The notes under the pieces were generated by a model. The model made no database searches. It worked only from the letters and a program-made list of their open reading frames with translations, and had not been told where the DNA came from. Position numbers and translations under genes: made by a program. Below are positions 12,866 to 25,697 of a DNA stretch of 64,000 bases, piece by piece (within the stretch, counting starts at the first letter, position 1; each line of letters begins with the position of its first letter). Source of the stretch: Eledone cirrhosa (Eukaryota); the NCBI GenBank assembly GCA_964016885.1, contig OZ024756.1, positions 9,858,001-9,922,000 of the forward strand. Direction: 5' to 3'.

Positions 12866-13399
12866 TTTCTAAAAGAATTGGAAGAAATGCTGCAAGGTGT
12901 TCTATTTAGTGTCCTACCTCTAGATTGGTACTATATTTATTGACCTTGGAAGAATGAAAGTCAAACTAGTATTCTCTGGGATTTGAACTCCGAACATGAG
13001 AAGGCAGAATAATTGCCCCAAGGTATTTTGTTCAATGCTCTAATGCTTTTGCTAATTGCTGAGGCTCTCATGTATGGTTGAATGTCACTGAATCCCTCTC
13101 CCAATCTATTTAGATCTAACACCTCATATCTACGTAAGACATTATTATTTATCTAAATTCTCTGAAAGGTATTGAAATGTCATGGATCGTGTTGCTGTAT
13201 TTAGTTTTTAGTTTTAACCCTCCATGTTCTGAGTTCAAATTCCACCAAGATCAACTTTGTCTTTTATTCAATCAGGACATGTCTGAGGTGATGTGCAATG
13301 GGATGGAACCCAATAACCATGTGATTGTGAATTTAATTTCTTAACCATACAGCTGTAGAAGATTACAGCTTTAGTGTGGGGTTCAACAGTGCCTGGGAG

Positions 13400-14205
13400 G
13401 GGCATTGTAGGTTGAGCTGTGTTTGGAAAGTTGAGCTGTGCCTGGGAGGTTGAACTGTGAGTGTGATGGGTATTTGAGCTGTACTTGGGAAGTTAAACTG
13501 TGAGTGTAATGGGAGGTTGAGCTAGGCTTGGGAGTGTGATGGGAGGTTGAGCTGTGCTTGGGTATGTGATGGGAGGTTGAGCTGTGCTAGGGAGTGTGAT
13601 GGGAGGTTGAGCTAGGCTTGGGAGTGTAATGGGAGTTTGAGCTGTGCTTGGGAGTGTGATGGGAGGTTGAGCTGTGCTTGGGAGTGTGATGGGAGGTTGA
13701 GCTGGGCTATGGAGTGTGATGGGAGGTTGAGCTGTGCTAGGGAGTGTGATGGGAGGTTGAGTTGTGCTAGGGAGTGTGATGGGAGGTTGAGCTGCGCTTG
13801 GGAGTGTGATAGGAGGTTGAGCTAGGCTTGGGAGTGTAATGGGAGGTTGAGTTAGGCTTGGGAGTGTAATGGGAGGTTGAGCTGTGCTAGGGTGTGTGAT
13901 GAGAGGTTGAGCTGTGCTAGGGAGTGTGACGGGAGGTTGAGCTGGGCTATGGAATGTGATGGGAGGTTGAGCTGTGCTAAGGAGTGTGATGGGAGGTTGA
14001 GCTGTGTTAGGGAGTGTGATGGGAGGTTGAGCTGTGCTTGGGAGTGTGATGTGAGGTTGAGCTAGGCTTGGGAGTGTAATGGGAGGTTGAGCTATGCTAG
14101 GGAGTGTAATGGGAGGTTGAGCTGTGCTAGGGTGTGTGATGGGAGGTGGAGCTGTGCTTGGGAGTGTGATGGGAGGTTGAGCTGTGCTAGGGAATGTGAT
14201 GTGGG
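13400..14205. repeat. 30-bp G-rich minisatellite
   Basis: Unit gggagtgtgatgggaggttgagctgtgctt, more than 20 copies. Confidence 0.95.
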
Positions 14206-14874
14206 ATAGTAGGGGGTAGCTATATAATAATAATCATTAGTTTTATCCAGAGTTTCTTATCTATTTAGATCTCCCTTATTTATAAAGACCTGTTTCAGTT
14301 GGGTATTTTCTCTTTAATATCTTATCAGATGTAGTAAACAATCCAGACTTGTTCAGAGCCAAAGATATTATACAATAACAACAATAATAATTTATAATAA
14401 TAATAATTATTATTTTTGTTGTTATTATTATTGTTATTGTTGTTGTTATTTTTACTGCCCATCATTAATGCTTTACTGAGCACAGCTCTGTGTGCCTTGA
14501 GTGTGTGCAGTGTAGTTTTTGGTGGCATTTCTATTGTATTGAAAGTGCTTTTCGCAATTTGTGTGCAGTGCCTAGTATTGCTATCTTTTGTAACTTTATG
14601 TTTAGATAGCTTGAGAAATTGAAAATTGTGGTAGGCAAAACCCAACCATACAATACCAAAACAATGAAAGAACTAATCAGGTTAGACAGCAGACCTGTAC
14701 AAATCGAATGATATTCTGCAATACGTCCGATAGGTTTCTATGAATCCGATATTATCAATCGAACCTACGTAATACGTAAGCTTGTGGTATTCCACGATCG
14801 AACAGGGGACTCTCTTCATCGACAGGTATTTCGTTCTAGGCCTCAAACCGATATATATATATTTATATATATCG

Positions 14875-15230
14875 GTTTGGATGTGCAGTGTAAATGTGCG
14901 TGAACGACCCAGCATAAATGTGTTGAGAGAGAAACTGTGTCTGAGAGGGATAGAATGTAGTGTACGGAAGAGGAGACTGAGGTGGTATGGACATGTGATG
15001 CGCATGGAGGATGACCGATGGGTGAAGAAGTGCCAGGAAATGCCAGTTGAAGGAAGACATGGTAGAGGTAGACCACGAAAAACATGGGCAGAGGTGGTGA
15101 GAACAGACCTCAGATCATTGAAGCTCACGGTGGAGATGACGAGGGACCGTGACGAGTGGAGAGATGCTGTGCTGAATAAGACCCGTCCCACCCTTGCAAG
15201 CAGGGAAGAGCGGACGTAAAATGATGATGA
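14875..15230 (+). mobile_element. RTE-clade LINE 3' fragment (family B)
   Basis: RRLRWYGHVMRM..GRGRPRKTW. Ends cccacccttgcaagcagggaagagcggacgtaaaa(tga)n. Confidence 0.9.
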
Positions 15231-15660
15231 TATATATGTATGTGTGTGTGTGTGTGTAACTCTTGGGGTACTCTATATAATGTGTACAGTACCTAGTAGT
15301 GCTATCTTCTGTATGTCGTGTATTTTTGTAAGTCCTGGGGCTTCGGCTATGTATTTGTCTGTGTGTTTTTATCATTCCCAGAGTACTTATTATTATAGGT
15401 ATTGTTGTGGGGAAATCTGAGTGTTTTAATGGGGGGAGGGTCCATCCCGGAAGCGGGTCAGGTGGGGGGGGGGGGTGATATTGTTTTTTTTTATTACTTT
15501 GGTCCCCTAATTTACAGATATTTAATTGTTGGAAACAGATTAGGGGAGAGGTGAGGGTAAGGGGTAACTTTAGATAAAATGTCCTAGCATTAAGACAATA
15601 AATTTAGGAGGAGAGTATATCAGTGTATTACTGGTACTTTGTTTATCGATCTTAGGAGGT

Positions 15661-15889
15661 TTAATCCTTTAACATTTACATTACTCTATATTTACATTAC
15701 TCTATATATACTATTGTATTTTCATGGTAAAGGCTTTACCTCACATAATATTCAATTTAAGAGATTTTGATATTTATTTTGAGAACAATACCTTAACATC
15801 AGTATGAGCGGCCAGATACAGCCGGGTTGAACAGAAAGAGGTGAGAGAATTCTGGCCGGATATGGCTGGTTTAAATGCTAAAGAGTTAA
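15661..15889 (-). mobile_element. TTAA/piggyBac-type MITE copy
   Basis: TTAA at both ends, TIR-like ends, same body as 11290-11466 in reverse. Confidence 0.8.
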
Positions 15890-16099
15890 TAAGTGTAGTG
15901 CCAAATTTTGCCCCAGGTATCGGGTTGACGGCAAAATATGGGAAAGAAGCAGAATTCAAAGGAAGTGTCACATAACAATAACAACAACAGCAGCAATATT
16001 AATGTATCCCCAATCTCAGTTTATATTCCGTTTTAGAGTTTTAAATATTTCTTAAATAAAATAGAATTCCAGTCTATAATAACATTTATTTCAATAAAC

Positions 16100-16664
16100 A
16101 TAAATTTATATACACACAGATACTCAAACACACATATAAGCAGACACACATATACAGACACGCACATATACGCAGACACACAGACACACATATACACAGA
16201 CACATATACGCAGACACACATATATTACAGACACACATATACAGACACGCACATATACAGACACACATATACGCAGACACACATATACGCAGACACACAT
16301 ATACACAGACACATATACGCAGACACACAGATACTCAAACACACATATACGCAGACACACATATACACAGACACACATATATACAGACACACATATATAC
16401 AGACACATATATACAGACACACATATACACAGACACACATATACAGACACACATATACACAGACACACATATATACAGACACATATACACACAGACACAC
16501 ATATATACAGACACACATTCACACGTACACAGAGACATCTATATAAAGAAAATAAGTTTATAACTTTTAAAATAAACACACATATGTTTACATCTGTTTA
16601 TTTATGTATTAAATAACATGTATTTATAAAATATATATATTTTCTGTTTATACTTCATATACAT

Positions 16665-16701
<37 letters not shown>

Positions 16702-16766
16702 GATAGATCACACTCATAGATATGTTTTTGCATGTGAATATGTGTGTATGTATGCCTGTGTGTGTA

Positions 16767-16798
<32 letters not shown>

Positions 16799-16902
16799 CT
16801 CTTTTATCTGTTCCAGCCATATATATATATGATGATCCCCCCACACATTTTTACACACATATATACATACATATATATGTTTACACACACACACTCATAT
16901 AT

Positions 16903-16956
<54 letters not shown>

Positions 16957-16960
16957 ACAC
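16100..16960. repeat. compound (CA)/(TA) microsatellite
   Basis: Low-complexity dinucleotide-based repeats. Confidence 0.9.
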
Positions 16961-17239
16961 ATTTAATGTTGGCAATCACTTGCCATCAACAAAGATCTCT
17001 CCCCCAGGAGAAGTTAGCAATTGCCATGTTGAGAAGAATGTTTAGTATTGGTGGGGGTGGGGTGGGGGTGGGGGTGATGATGATGATGGTGGTGGGGTAG
17101 GGTGGGGTGGGATGTTGGGGTGGTGGTGGTGCGGGTGGTGATGATGATGATGATGGGGGGGGGGGGGTGATGAGGATGCTGATGGTGATTATGAGGGCGG
17201 TGAGGATGATGGGGTGTTGGTGTTTATGGTGGTGGTAAT

Positions 17240-18190
17240 GATGTCTTCTGATTGAGAGGCACAGGGGGCCAGAAATTTTTGGGGTGGGTGCAGGGGGTAA
17301 ATTAAAATTGGTTATCTCGACCCCCAGTACTTGACTGGTACTTTGATGACCTCGGTTGTGACAGTGGTGTGTTGGTAGATTCCTTAGGAGGGTATTAGAC
17401 AACATGCTTTGTGGCATAAGTTACATTCTGAGTTCAAATCCCGCCATGATTAGCTTTGCCTTTCATCCTTATGAGGTCGATAAAATAAATGTTTCTACTT
17501 TTGGCACAAGGCCAACAATTTTAGGGGAGGGGGGACAGTCGATTAAATCCACCTCAGTGCATTACTGGTACTTTATTTTGTGATACTACTACTACTACTA
17601 CAATAATAATAATTGTTTCTACTTTTGGCACAAGGCCAGCAATTATCCCAGTGTATTACTGGTACTTTATTTTATCGACCCCATAAGGATGAAAGGCAAA
17701 GTTAACCCCGGCGGGATTTGAACTCAAACCATAAAGGGCCGTAACTCTTTACTGCAAAGCATGGCGTCCGACCCTCTACCGATACTGCCAATCCAACGCC
17801 CTTAGGGGAGGTCGATAAAATAAAGTGCCAGTAATACACTGAAGTCGATTTAATGCCCCCCCCCCCCCCCTCCCCTCGAATTGCTGGCCTTGTGCCTATT
17901 AGAAATCATTCAATGAGTGGTGGATCAGTTGAATTGGTAGTGTGTCAGATAAAATGGCCATTGCAATATTTGTTCTGGGTGTTTACTTTCCAAGTTCAAA
18001 TCCCACCATTGACAAAATACAATACCAGTGAAATACTGGAGCCAATTTAATCAACTTTGTTCTTACCCCAAATTTGCTGGTCTTGTGCCTAAATGAGAAA
18101 TCAATATTATTTCATTGAGATACTTTTCGTCCTTCTAGAGTCAATAAAATAAAGTACCAGTCATACACTGGTGTTGATTTAATTGACTTT
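17240..18190. mobile_element. cluster of Nin/Deu-like tRNA SINE copies in both orientations (best copy 17612-17802, minus)
   Basis: Repeated ggcacaaggccagcaatt / ctggtactttattttatcgacccc / gatttgaactc blocks. Confidence 0.75.
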
Positions 18191-18199
18191 GCCCTTCTC

Positions 18200-18623
18200 T
18201 TAACCCTTTAATATTTAAATTACTCTATATTTACTGTTGTATTTTCACAGTAAAGGCTTTACCTCACATAATATCTCATATAACATTTACACTACTCTAT
18301 ATATACTATTGTATTTTCACAGTAAAGGCTTTACCTCACATAATATCTCACATAACATTTACACTACTCTATATTTACTATTATATTTTCACAGTAAAGG
18401 CTTTACCTCACATAATAATCTCATATAACATTTACACTACTCTATATTTACTATTGTATTTTCATGGGAAAGGCTTTATCTCACATAATATCAAATCTAT
18501 GAGATTTTGATATTTATTTTGAGAACAATGCCTTAACATCTGTGGCTGATTACAGCTGATTTGAACCAAAAGAGGTGAGAGAATTCTGGCCAGATATGGT
18601 CGGTTTAAGAACTAAAGGGTTAA
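18200..18623 (-). mobile_element. TTAA/piggyBac-type MITE with ~3-4 satellite units
   Basis: TTAA-ccctttaatattta ... actaaaggg-TTAA with internal 72-bp repeats. Confidence 0.85.
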
Positions 18624-19556
18624 ATTTGTGGCCTCGTGGTTACCTAAGAAATGAATACTGAGGTAGTTTGGTGAAGTCTTTTACCCACCCCAACCCTTGC
18701 CCCTAGCAGATGCTGCTAACGAGGACTGAATTTGTTTTCTTAACTTTGCCATCTTAACGAGCTAGCCTCTTTCTCATCTGACATTCTTCAGGTATCACAC
18801 AGGTGAAAATAAAGCTATAAAGCTATACCTGTCATATGCCATTTTCGTGTATACACCTGTGGAAGGTACAATATCAGGTTCTCTAGTAATTGATACAACA
18901 TCCAACACTGCCCAGTTGGAACACCCTGGATATATTATCAAGGTCGTTTATCAAATTTCGAATTGTAAACATTGTTGCTGGATTGCCTTACAAACAAAAA
19001 TAAACAAGAAAAAAAAAAAAAACTTTTTCTTTCCAACTTAAAACATGTTTTAAGTTTTTTTGTGTTTTTTTTTTTCTGAACTCTTCTATATTCTTTTAAA
19101 AAGGAGACAAAATTATAAGTAAAATAAAAATAAAAAAATAAAAATAAATAACAAAATAGAAATAATAATAATAAAATAAAAAACAAATATTAAAAGAGAA
19201 AATAAACAAAAAAAAATAAAATAGAAAACTGATAATAAAAATAGAAAAAAAAAACAAAACAAAAAGACACGATAAAATACCCCCCCCCCCCCATCAGTTA
19301 AAGAGAAATGTTTGTTTCTCAACATTAATGAAGTATCTATTTTCAAGATTCCGTTTTAAATAGATGTCTAAAAAGAAGGAAAGAAAGAAGGAAAGGGTGG
19401 AAGTGAAATAGAAGAAAAAAGTGATAATTTGAGAGCTAAAGATACATGTCAGTGTCAGGTAAAATATATTGCACCTGATTTGTCACACCCTTCTTTAGAT
19501 ATTTCACCTTTTGTTTCTATCATATGTATATGTGTGTATGTATGTAGACATGCATG

Positions 19557-19695
<139 letters not shown>

Positions 19696-19711
19696 CGAGA
19701 GAGAGAGAGAG

Positions 19712-19762
<51 letters not shown>

Positions 19763-19772
19763 TATGTGTGTG

Positions 19773-19806
<34 letters not shown>

Positions 19807-19957
19807 TATGTGTGTATAATTTACCTTTATTTTCATTTTAAAGTGTGTATTTTCATTGAGAAAATGGTCACACCCTCCGCAGTAGATACCTTTTCACTGA
19901 AAGACTACTACTACAGTTACTTAACTTATTTACTACTGATAATAGTAATAATAATAG

Positions 19958-20170
19958 TTTCTGATTTAGGCACAAGGCAAACAATTTTTTGGGGGGAGGG
20001 AAAGTTGATTAAATCAACCCCAGTGCATTACTGGTACTTTATTTTATCGACCCCGTAAGGATGAACGGCAAAGTTAATCTCGACGAGATTTGAACTCAGA
20101 TCGTAAAGAGACGTAACTATGCTGGAAAGCATGGCGTCCAACCCTCTACTGATACTGACAATTCACCACT
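19958..20170 (-). mobile_element. Nin/Deu-like tRNA SINE
   Basis: Same family as 17612-17802 and 44985-45145. Confidence 0.8.
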
Positions 20171-20190
20171 AATAATAATAATAATAATAA

Positions 20191-22337
20191 TGATTTCATT
20201 TATTAGCCACAAGGGCCGACATGTAGGAGACAATACAAAGACAGGAATAGTGGGGGGTTTACAATAAGGTCGAGTAAAAGTGCACAATGGCAAGACTAAT
20301 TTAACAATGAAGATATAAAAATATAAAATAAACTATGCATAAATATAACAAAATAAATTCCCCGATAGTGGGTGGACGACTCTGGTACCCCACCAATCCT
20401 GAACCACCCTGCGCTTCTAGGACACTCAGGGAGAGCACCCCTCTCCTCAAATTATCTAGCCTATAGGCACATTGTCAGAGTAGGCCCATTCACACGGGCC
20501 ATTCTTAGCAAATCTACTGGGTAGCAGCACTTCTCTCTCCACCCTCACCTTCCTTTCCAGGTGAAACTTGTAGAAGTTGATGAGGGATTGGCCTAAGAGA
20601 AAAGTGTCTGTCTTCAGTCCTTTTAATCTGGTCCACCATATAACCTCTTTCGCAACGGCCACCAGACAGGAAAATTTCCTGCTCTTCCTGACCTAAGGAA
20701 GGCGGCGGCTTGATCTTCACTATGGACTCGGCCGATAGCCCGATTTGTTCCACAAGTCAGTAATGCACGGACATTGGACAAGTGCGTGCAGAACAGTTTC
20801 GTCTTTCTGTGCGCATCTTGGGCAGGTCTGTAAGACAGCACTTCCGTGCCTGTAGAGTTTATCCCGAACCGGCAGTGCCCCCTGGTAGCACTGCCAAGCG
20901 AGGGATTTCTGGAAATTGTCCATCGTCCTCGGCTCGAAATTCCTCTGGTACAGACTGGTCAGTTCGACTTCGTCGAGGCCCAAAGCTTCTCCAAGTGCGT
21001 CATTGCACTTGCCCACCACTAATCCTCTATAGAACTCGAGAGTGGAAGTTCCACTGATCGCATTGCCCGCTTGGTAGAGGGCAGTGAGTGCCTGGCAACA
21101 TTCCAGGTGCCAGTCACCCAGTCTCGGTCTCTTCTTGACCCAGGACTGCAGCTCAGTCAAAGAAACGAGCACCGTTTAGGCAGAATATCTGGAGATGTCA
21201 CAGCCTGAACGCATCATTAGCCACGGCATTCCCAGCCCTCCGCACTAGCCGCTTTGAGGACAAACTTCAGATACTGATGGTCGACCCTATCGAATACTTT
21301 CAATTGATCTAAATTGATCAGTGCCCCACTGAAGCCAGGTTTACACCCTACCCGCTCTATGAAATCCGCTACTCTCTCTGACTCGCCACTCTACCCGAAC
21401 AACCGAGCAAAGTGCTGGCGAAAGGCCTCACTCATCCGCTTGGAATCACTTATCTCGTGTCCGTCTCGGTCCGCCAAAGACCGAATTGTGGTTTTATTAC
21501 TACGCTGCGCCTCTGCCATGCGGGCCCATCAAACAGCTTTGGTTCCCTCGTTTCTCAGCGCACGCGCCTTAGCTCTGACAATGCAACCTTTGTGTTTCGC
21601 ATTGAAGAGATGGTCTAATGCCATTCTCGCCGCTAGCACGTCAGTTGCAATGCCACTACAAATAGCCTCGTCTAACTTATCTACCAGCTCCCCCTCTTTT
21701 CTATTTTTCTCTAACGCTAGTTCTTTGCTGAACTCTATCGAAGTTACTCTAATCTCTCTTTTGAGAACCCCCACCATCTGTTGTTGATGATCCCCCCTGT
21801 CAACTTTTGCTTAACTAAATTGTTGACTCGGCCCCTGTAAGCCTTACTTGCCGGAAATGACTTGTTCAGCTTTCAGTAACCCGATCCCAACCTACGCGTT
21901 TTATCTAGGTCGACCATACAGATCACAAATTTGTGATCTGAACAGGTGACCGTTTTGAAAAGTGGCCAGCCTACACTATTTCTATCTATTTTCCTAATGA
22001 AGATCCTGTCTATATACGATCTAGATAACCCCATGCGGTTGGTCCACGTCCATGTCGATACCTGTCAGACAGTTGGAACTGGCTGATTAGGTGCTTGAGG
22101 TTTTTGCACCGCCCCGCTCCTATCAGCTACTCCCACACAATCCCAGCGTGCGTCTAAGATGCCATTCCAGTCCCCCGCTAACAGTAAAGGGCGAGACGTA
22201 CCCAGAAAGGTCTCCAGGCGCCTAAAGAAGTCCGGTCGTCCGGCCCCTGTAGACGGCCAGCAGTCTAAAGGCATCACCTTCGCTACTGCTCACATCCAAG
22301 ACCACCAACTTACCGTCCGGGTTCTGGAAGATCGACC
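20191..22337 (-). mobile_element. degenerate, internally deleted Tx1-like LINE (APE to C-terminal zinc finger and 3' UTR)
   Basis: Fragments LETFLGTSRPLLLAGDWNGILDARWD, ARALRNEGTKAV, DNFQKSLAWQCY, CPRCAQKDETVLHA are homologous to 4900-8318. (AAT)n on both sides. Confidence 0.9.
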
Positions 22338-22411
22338 TAATAATAATAATAATAATAATTGTTTCTACTTTAGGCACAAGGCCAGCAATTACCCAGTGCA
22401 TTAATAATAAT

Positions 22412-22745
22412 TGAGAAAAAAAGCAACCAGTGTTATATCATAGATATAGCCTGTCCAGCTGATAACAAGGTATGTGATAAAGAAGGAAAAAAGATTGATA
22501 GATATGACAGCTTGGGAGGTTAAGCAGTTGAGGTCAGTGAAAAAGGTGGTGGTAATACCAGTAATAGTTGGAGTGTTGGGAACGGGGAGTAGAGATCTTG
22601 AGAAGTACAAATAGGGATTGCAATATGGATGAAACTCTTACAAAAGACAGCATTGCTTGGAACAGTTCGAATACTCGGAAGAGTAGTTGAAAAATAAGGG
22701 GTGTTACCTCTGCTAACACTGTGATACATCTCCTGCGTTAGAAGG
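22412..22745 (+). mobile_element. 3' fragment of an RLE-type non-LTR retrotransposon (R4/Dong-like)
   Basis: Hand translation gives QCYIIDIACPADNKVCDKEGKKIDRYDSL..VVIPVIVGVLG..LQKTALLGTVRILGRVV, the restriction-like endonuclease C-terminus. Flanked by short TAA repeats. Confidence 0.8.
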
Positions 22746-23756
22746 ATAATAATATTGAAGTTTTATTGGGGATGTGGTTCTCACAGGATGTCTCCAGTTG
22801 TAAAGGTAATCACAAAATTATTAGAAACTTTTTAAAATACTAATCAGGTCAAGATGGTGAATTGGCAGAGTCAGTAGAATGTTTTGCAGTATTTGTTCTG
22901 GCTCTCTGCTCTCTCTGGTTCAAATCCTGCTGAGGTCAGCTTTGCCTTTCATCCTTTCTCTCATTTTCTATCCTTCTCTGGAAGAAATCTGTTGTATTCA
23001 GACCTGGAGAGGAGATAGACCCCACCAGGCTTTGATGGTAGTAATAAGTAATTGGTTTCTAACACATGACGACTGTTGCCAACTAGTGCGACAATAAAAT
23101 ACAACCAGTGCACTGTGTGGGAATATCTGTGAGATACACTGATTCCAGTTGGATGTCAGCCTCATTGCCATGTGGCACTTTATTCACAAGTATCATCCAA
23201 TTTACCCTTCATCTGGATAAAGGAGGTGTTTCTTTAAAGTGGTCAAGTATGATTGTGGTGTTTAACAGTCTGATTTTTAGAAAAAATAAACATCAAATGA
23301 TTTTCATTTTTCTCATCCATTATACACAGCAATTTTTAATAAATCAATTTAAAAATGAAATCTGCCAGTCAAACAACACCTGATTGCTCTTTAAATACCT
23401 ATACATGGATCCTCTCTTGAGAATGAGTTTTTAAACCTGAAAATATTTGAGATAAATAAATTTGCTACGATAAAATTCTATCTTCCTCACTCTTTTATTC
23501 TTTATAACTTTTATTACCTTGGCTCTTTTAATCTTGCATGCATTGTAGGGCTTCCAAATATTTAAACTTATTTATATTAATTATAAATCTAATTATTTTA
23601 TAGGTCGTCAAATATTTATTTTTCTCACCTATTATACACAGTAAGTTTCAATCAACGAATTTAATTATTTTACAGGCATCTTGTTAGTGGAATCAAGAAT
23701 TGAACAGTTTTAAGATTATAAAGCTGAATGGAGAGTTTTTAAAGAAAATTATCAGG

Positions 23757-23841
23757 ATGGCACAGTATCATATTCCAGTGAGATTATCTCAACAGTTGGT
23801 CCTCTTCTTAATTGTCATCCTGGCTACCTTAATTAAAGCAG
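23757..23841 (+). CDS. candidate first coding exon of a host secreted or membrane protein (signal peptide)
   Basis: Acceptor ttattttacag at 23675, Kozak-like aggATGG, MAQYHIPVRLSQQLVLFLIVILATLIKA with a hydrophobic core, consensus donor CAG|gtaagt at 23842 (phase 1). Confidence 0.55.
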
Positions 23842-23927
23842 GTAAGTCTGCATTTATTCACATAATACCACCTCTGTATTATTATATGTCTAGAGTTGGG
23901 AAGCCCTTCAGTTGTGTCCAGGACATA

Positions 23928-24840
23928 ACAACCTCCCTCGTGTTGGTGACCTACATGTAAAGTGATTGACAACTCTCCCTCATATTGGTGACCTACATGT
24001 AAAGTGATTGACAACCTCCCTCGTGTTGGTGACCTACATGTAAAGTGATTGACAACCTCCCTCGTATTGGTGACCTACATGTAAAGTGATTGACAACCTC
24101 CCTCGTATTGGTGACCTACATGTAAAGTGATTGACAACCTCCCTCGTATTGGTGACCTACATAAATACATGTAAAATGATCGACAACTCTCCCTCATATT
24201 GGTGACCTACATGTAAAGTGATTGACAACCTCCCTCGTATTGGTGACCTACATAAATACATGTAAAGTGATTGACAACCTCCCTCGTATTGGTGACCTAC
24301 ATGTAAAGTGATTGACAACCTCCCTCGTGTTGGTGACCTACATGTAAAGTGATTGACAACCTCCCTCGTGTTGGTGACCTACATAAATACATGTAAAATG
24401 ATCGACAACTCTCCCTCATATTGGTGACCTACATGTAAAGTGATTGACAACCTCCCTCGTATTGGTGACCTACATGTAAAGTGATTGACAACCTCCCTCG
24501 TATTGGTGACCTACATAAATACATGTAAAATGATCGACAACTCTCCCTCATATTGGTGACCTACATGTAAAGTGATTGACAACCTCCCTCGTATTGGTGA
24601 CCTACATAAATACATGTAAAGTGATTGACAACCTCCCTCGTATTGGTGACCTACATGTAAAGTGATTGACAACCTCCCTCGTGTTGGTGACCTACATGTA
24701 AAGTGATTGACAACCTCCCTCGTGTTGGTGACCTACATAAATACATGTAAAATGATTGACAACTCTCCCTCGTGTTGGTGACCTACATGTAAAGTGATTG
24801 ACAACCTCCCTCGTGTTGGTGACCTACATAAATACATGTA
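23928..24840. repeat. 41-50-bp minisatellite (~20 units)
   Basis: Unit acaacctccctcgtgttggtgacctacatgtaaagtgattg, with variants carrying an extra taaataca or ct. Confidence 0.95.
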
Positions 24841-25104
24841 GAGTGGTGATAGGAAGGACCTCCAACCATAGAAATGTAGTAAAATAGCTTAAAATAGGGT
24901 GAAGACTCTTAAAGACAGGAAAGGAAGTTGCAAATGGCTGCTATGAAGAATGGAACCCTGTATCTCCTAGGTAGTGGCTAGGTGTTTTACACCATTAAGG
25001 GACTGCGACAACTCATATTTTACAGCATCTCCACACATGAGCGTGCCATCCTTTATATTAACTTTATCTTCCCATCAGTGCTGTGTAAAAGTCTGGGAAT
25101 TTAG

Positions 25105-25138
<34 letters not shown>

Positions 25139-25279
25139 TTACACACACACACACACACAGTCTCACACACACACACACACACACTGTCACACACACTCAC
25201 ACTGTCACACACACACAGTCTCACACACACACAGTCACACACACACACTGTCACACACATACACACTGTCACACACACA

Positions 25280-25697
25280 AAGGCCGGTTGTATGATGCCT
25301 GTGTGAGATGTGCGATGCTGCATGGTAGTGAGACATGGGCAGCAACTGCAGAGGATTTGCGACGGCTGGAGAGAAATGAGGCAAGCATGCTCCGTTGGAT
25401 GTGCAGTGTAAATGTGCGTGAACGACCCAGCATAAATGTGTTGAGAGATAAACTGTGTCTGAGAGGGAGAGGAGACTGAGGTGGTATGGACATGTGATGG
25501 GTGAAGAAGTGCCAGGAATTGCCAGTTGAAGGAAGACGTGGGCGGAGGTGGTGAGAACAGACCTCAGATCATTGAAGATGACGAAGGACCGTGGAGATGA
25601 CGAAGGACCGTGACGAGTGAAGAGATGCTGTGCTAAATAAGACCCGTCCCACCCTTGCAAGCAGGGAAAAGCGGACGTAAAATGATGATGATGATGA
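25280..25697 (+). mobile_element. RTE LINE 3' fragment (family B, with deletions)
   Basis: YDACVRCAMLHGSETWA..LRRLERNEASMLRWMC and the same 3' end as 14875-15230. Confidence 0.9.

Noticed and set aside
12055-12943. Repeat-protein ORFs of 284, 265 and 196 aa
   Set aside because: By-product of a 48-bp retroelement-derived minisatellite that is open in several frames on both strands.
13400-14205. 10-aa Cys repeat ORFs or telomere-like repeat
   Set aside because: 30-bp minisatellite with scattered stops; it is not TTAGGG-based.
23676-23841. Apparent paralogy with 18792-18942 (HPGYL vs HPGYI in another frame)
   Set aside because: That frame has two stops. The signal-peptide frame explains the exon better, and the match is short enough to be chance.
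23928-24840. CRISPR-like regular array
   Set aside because: Units are contiguous near-identical repeats with no unique spacers, there are no cas genes, and the context is eukaryotic.
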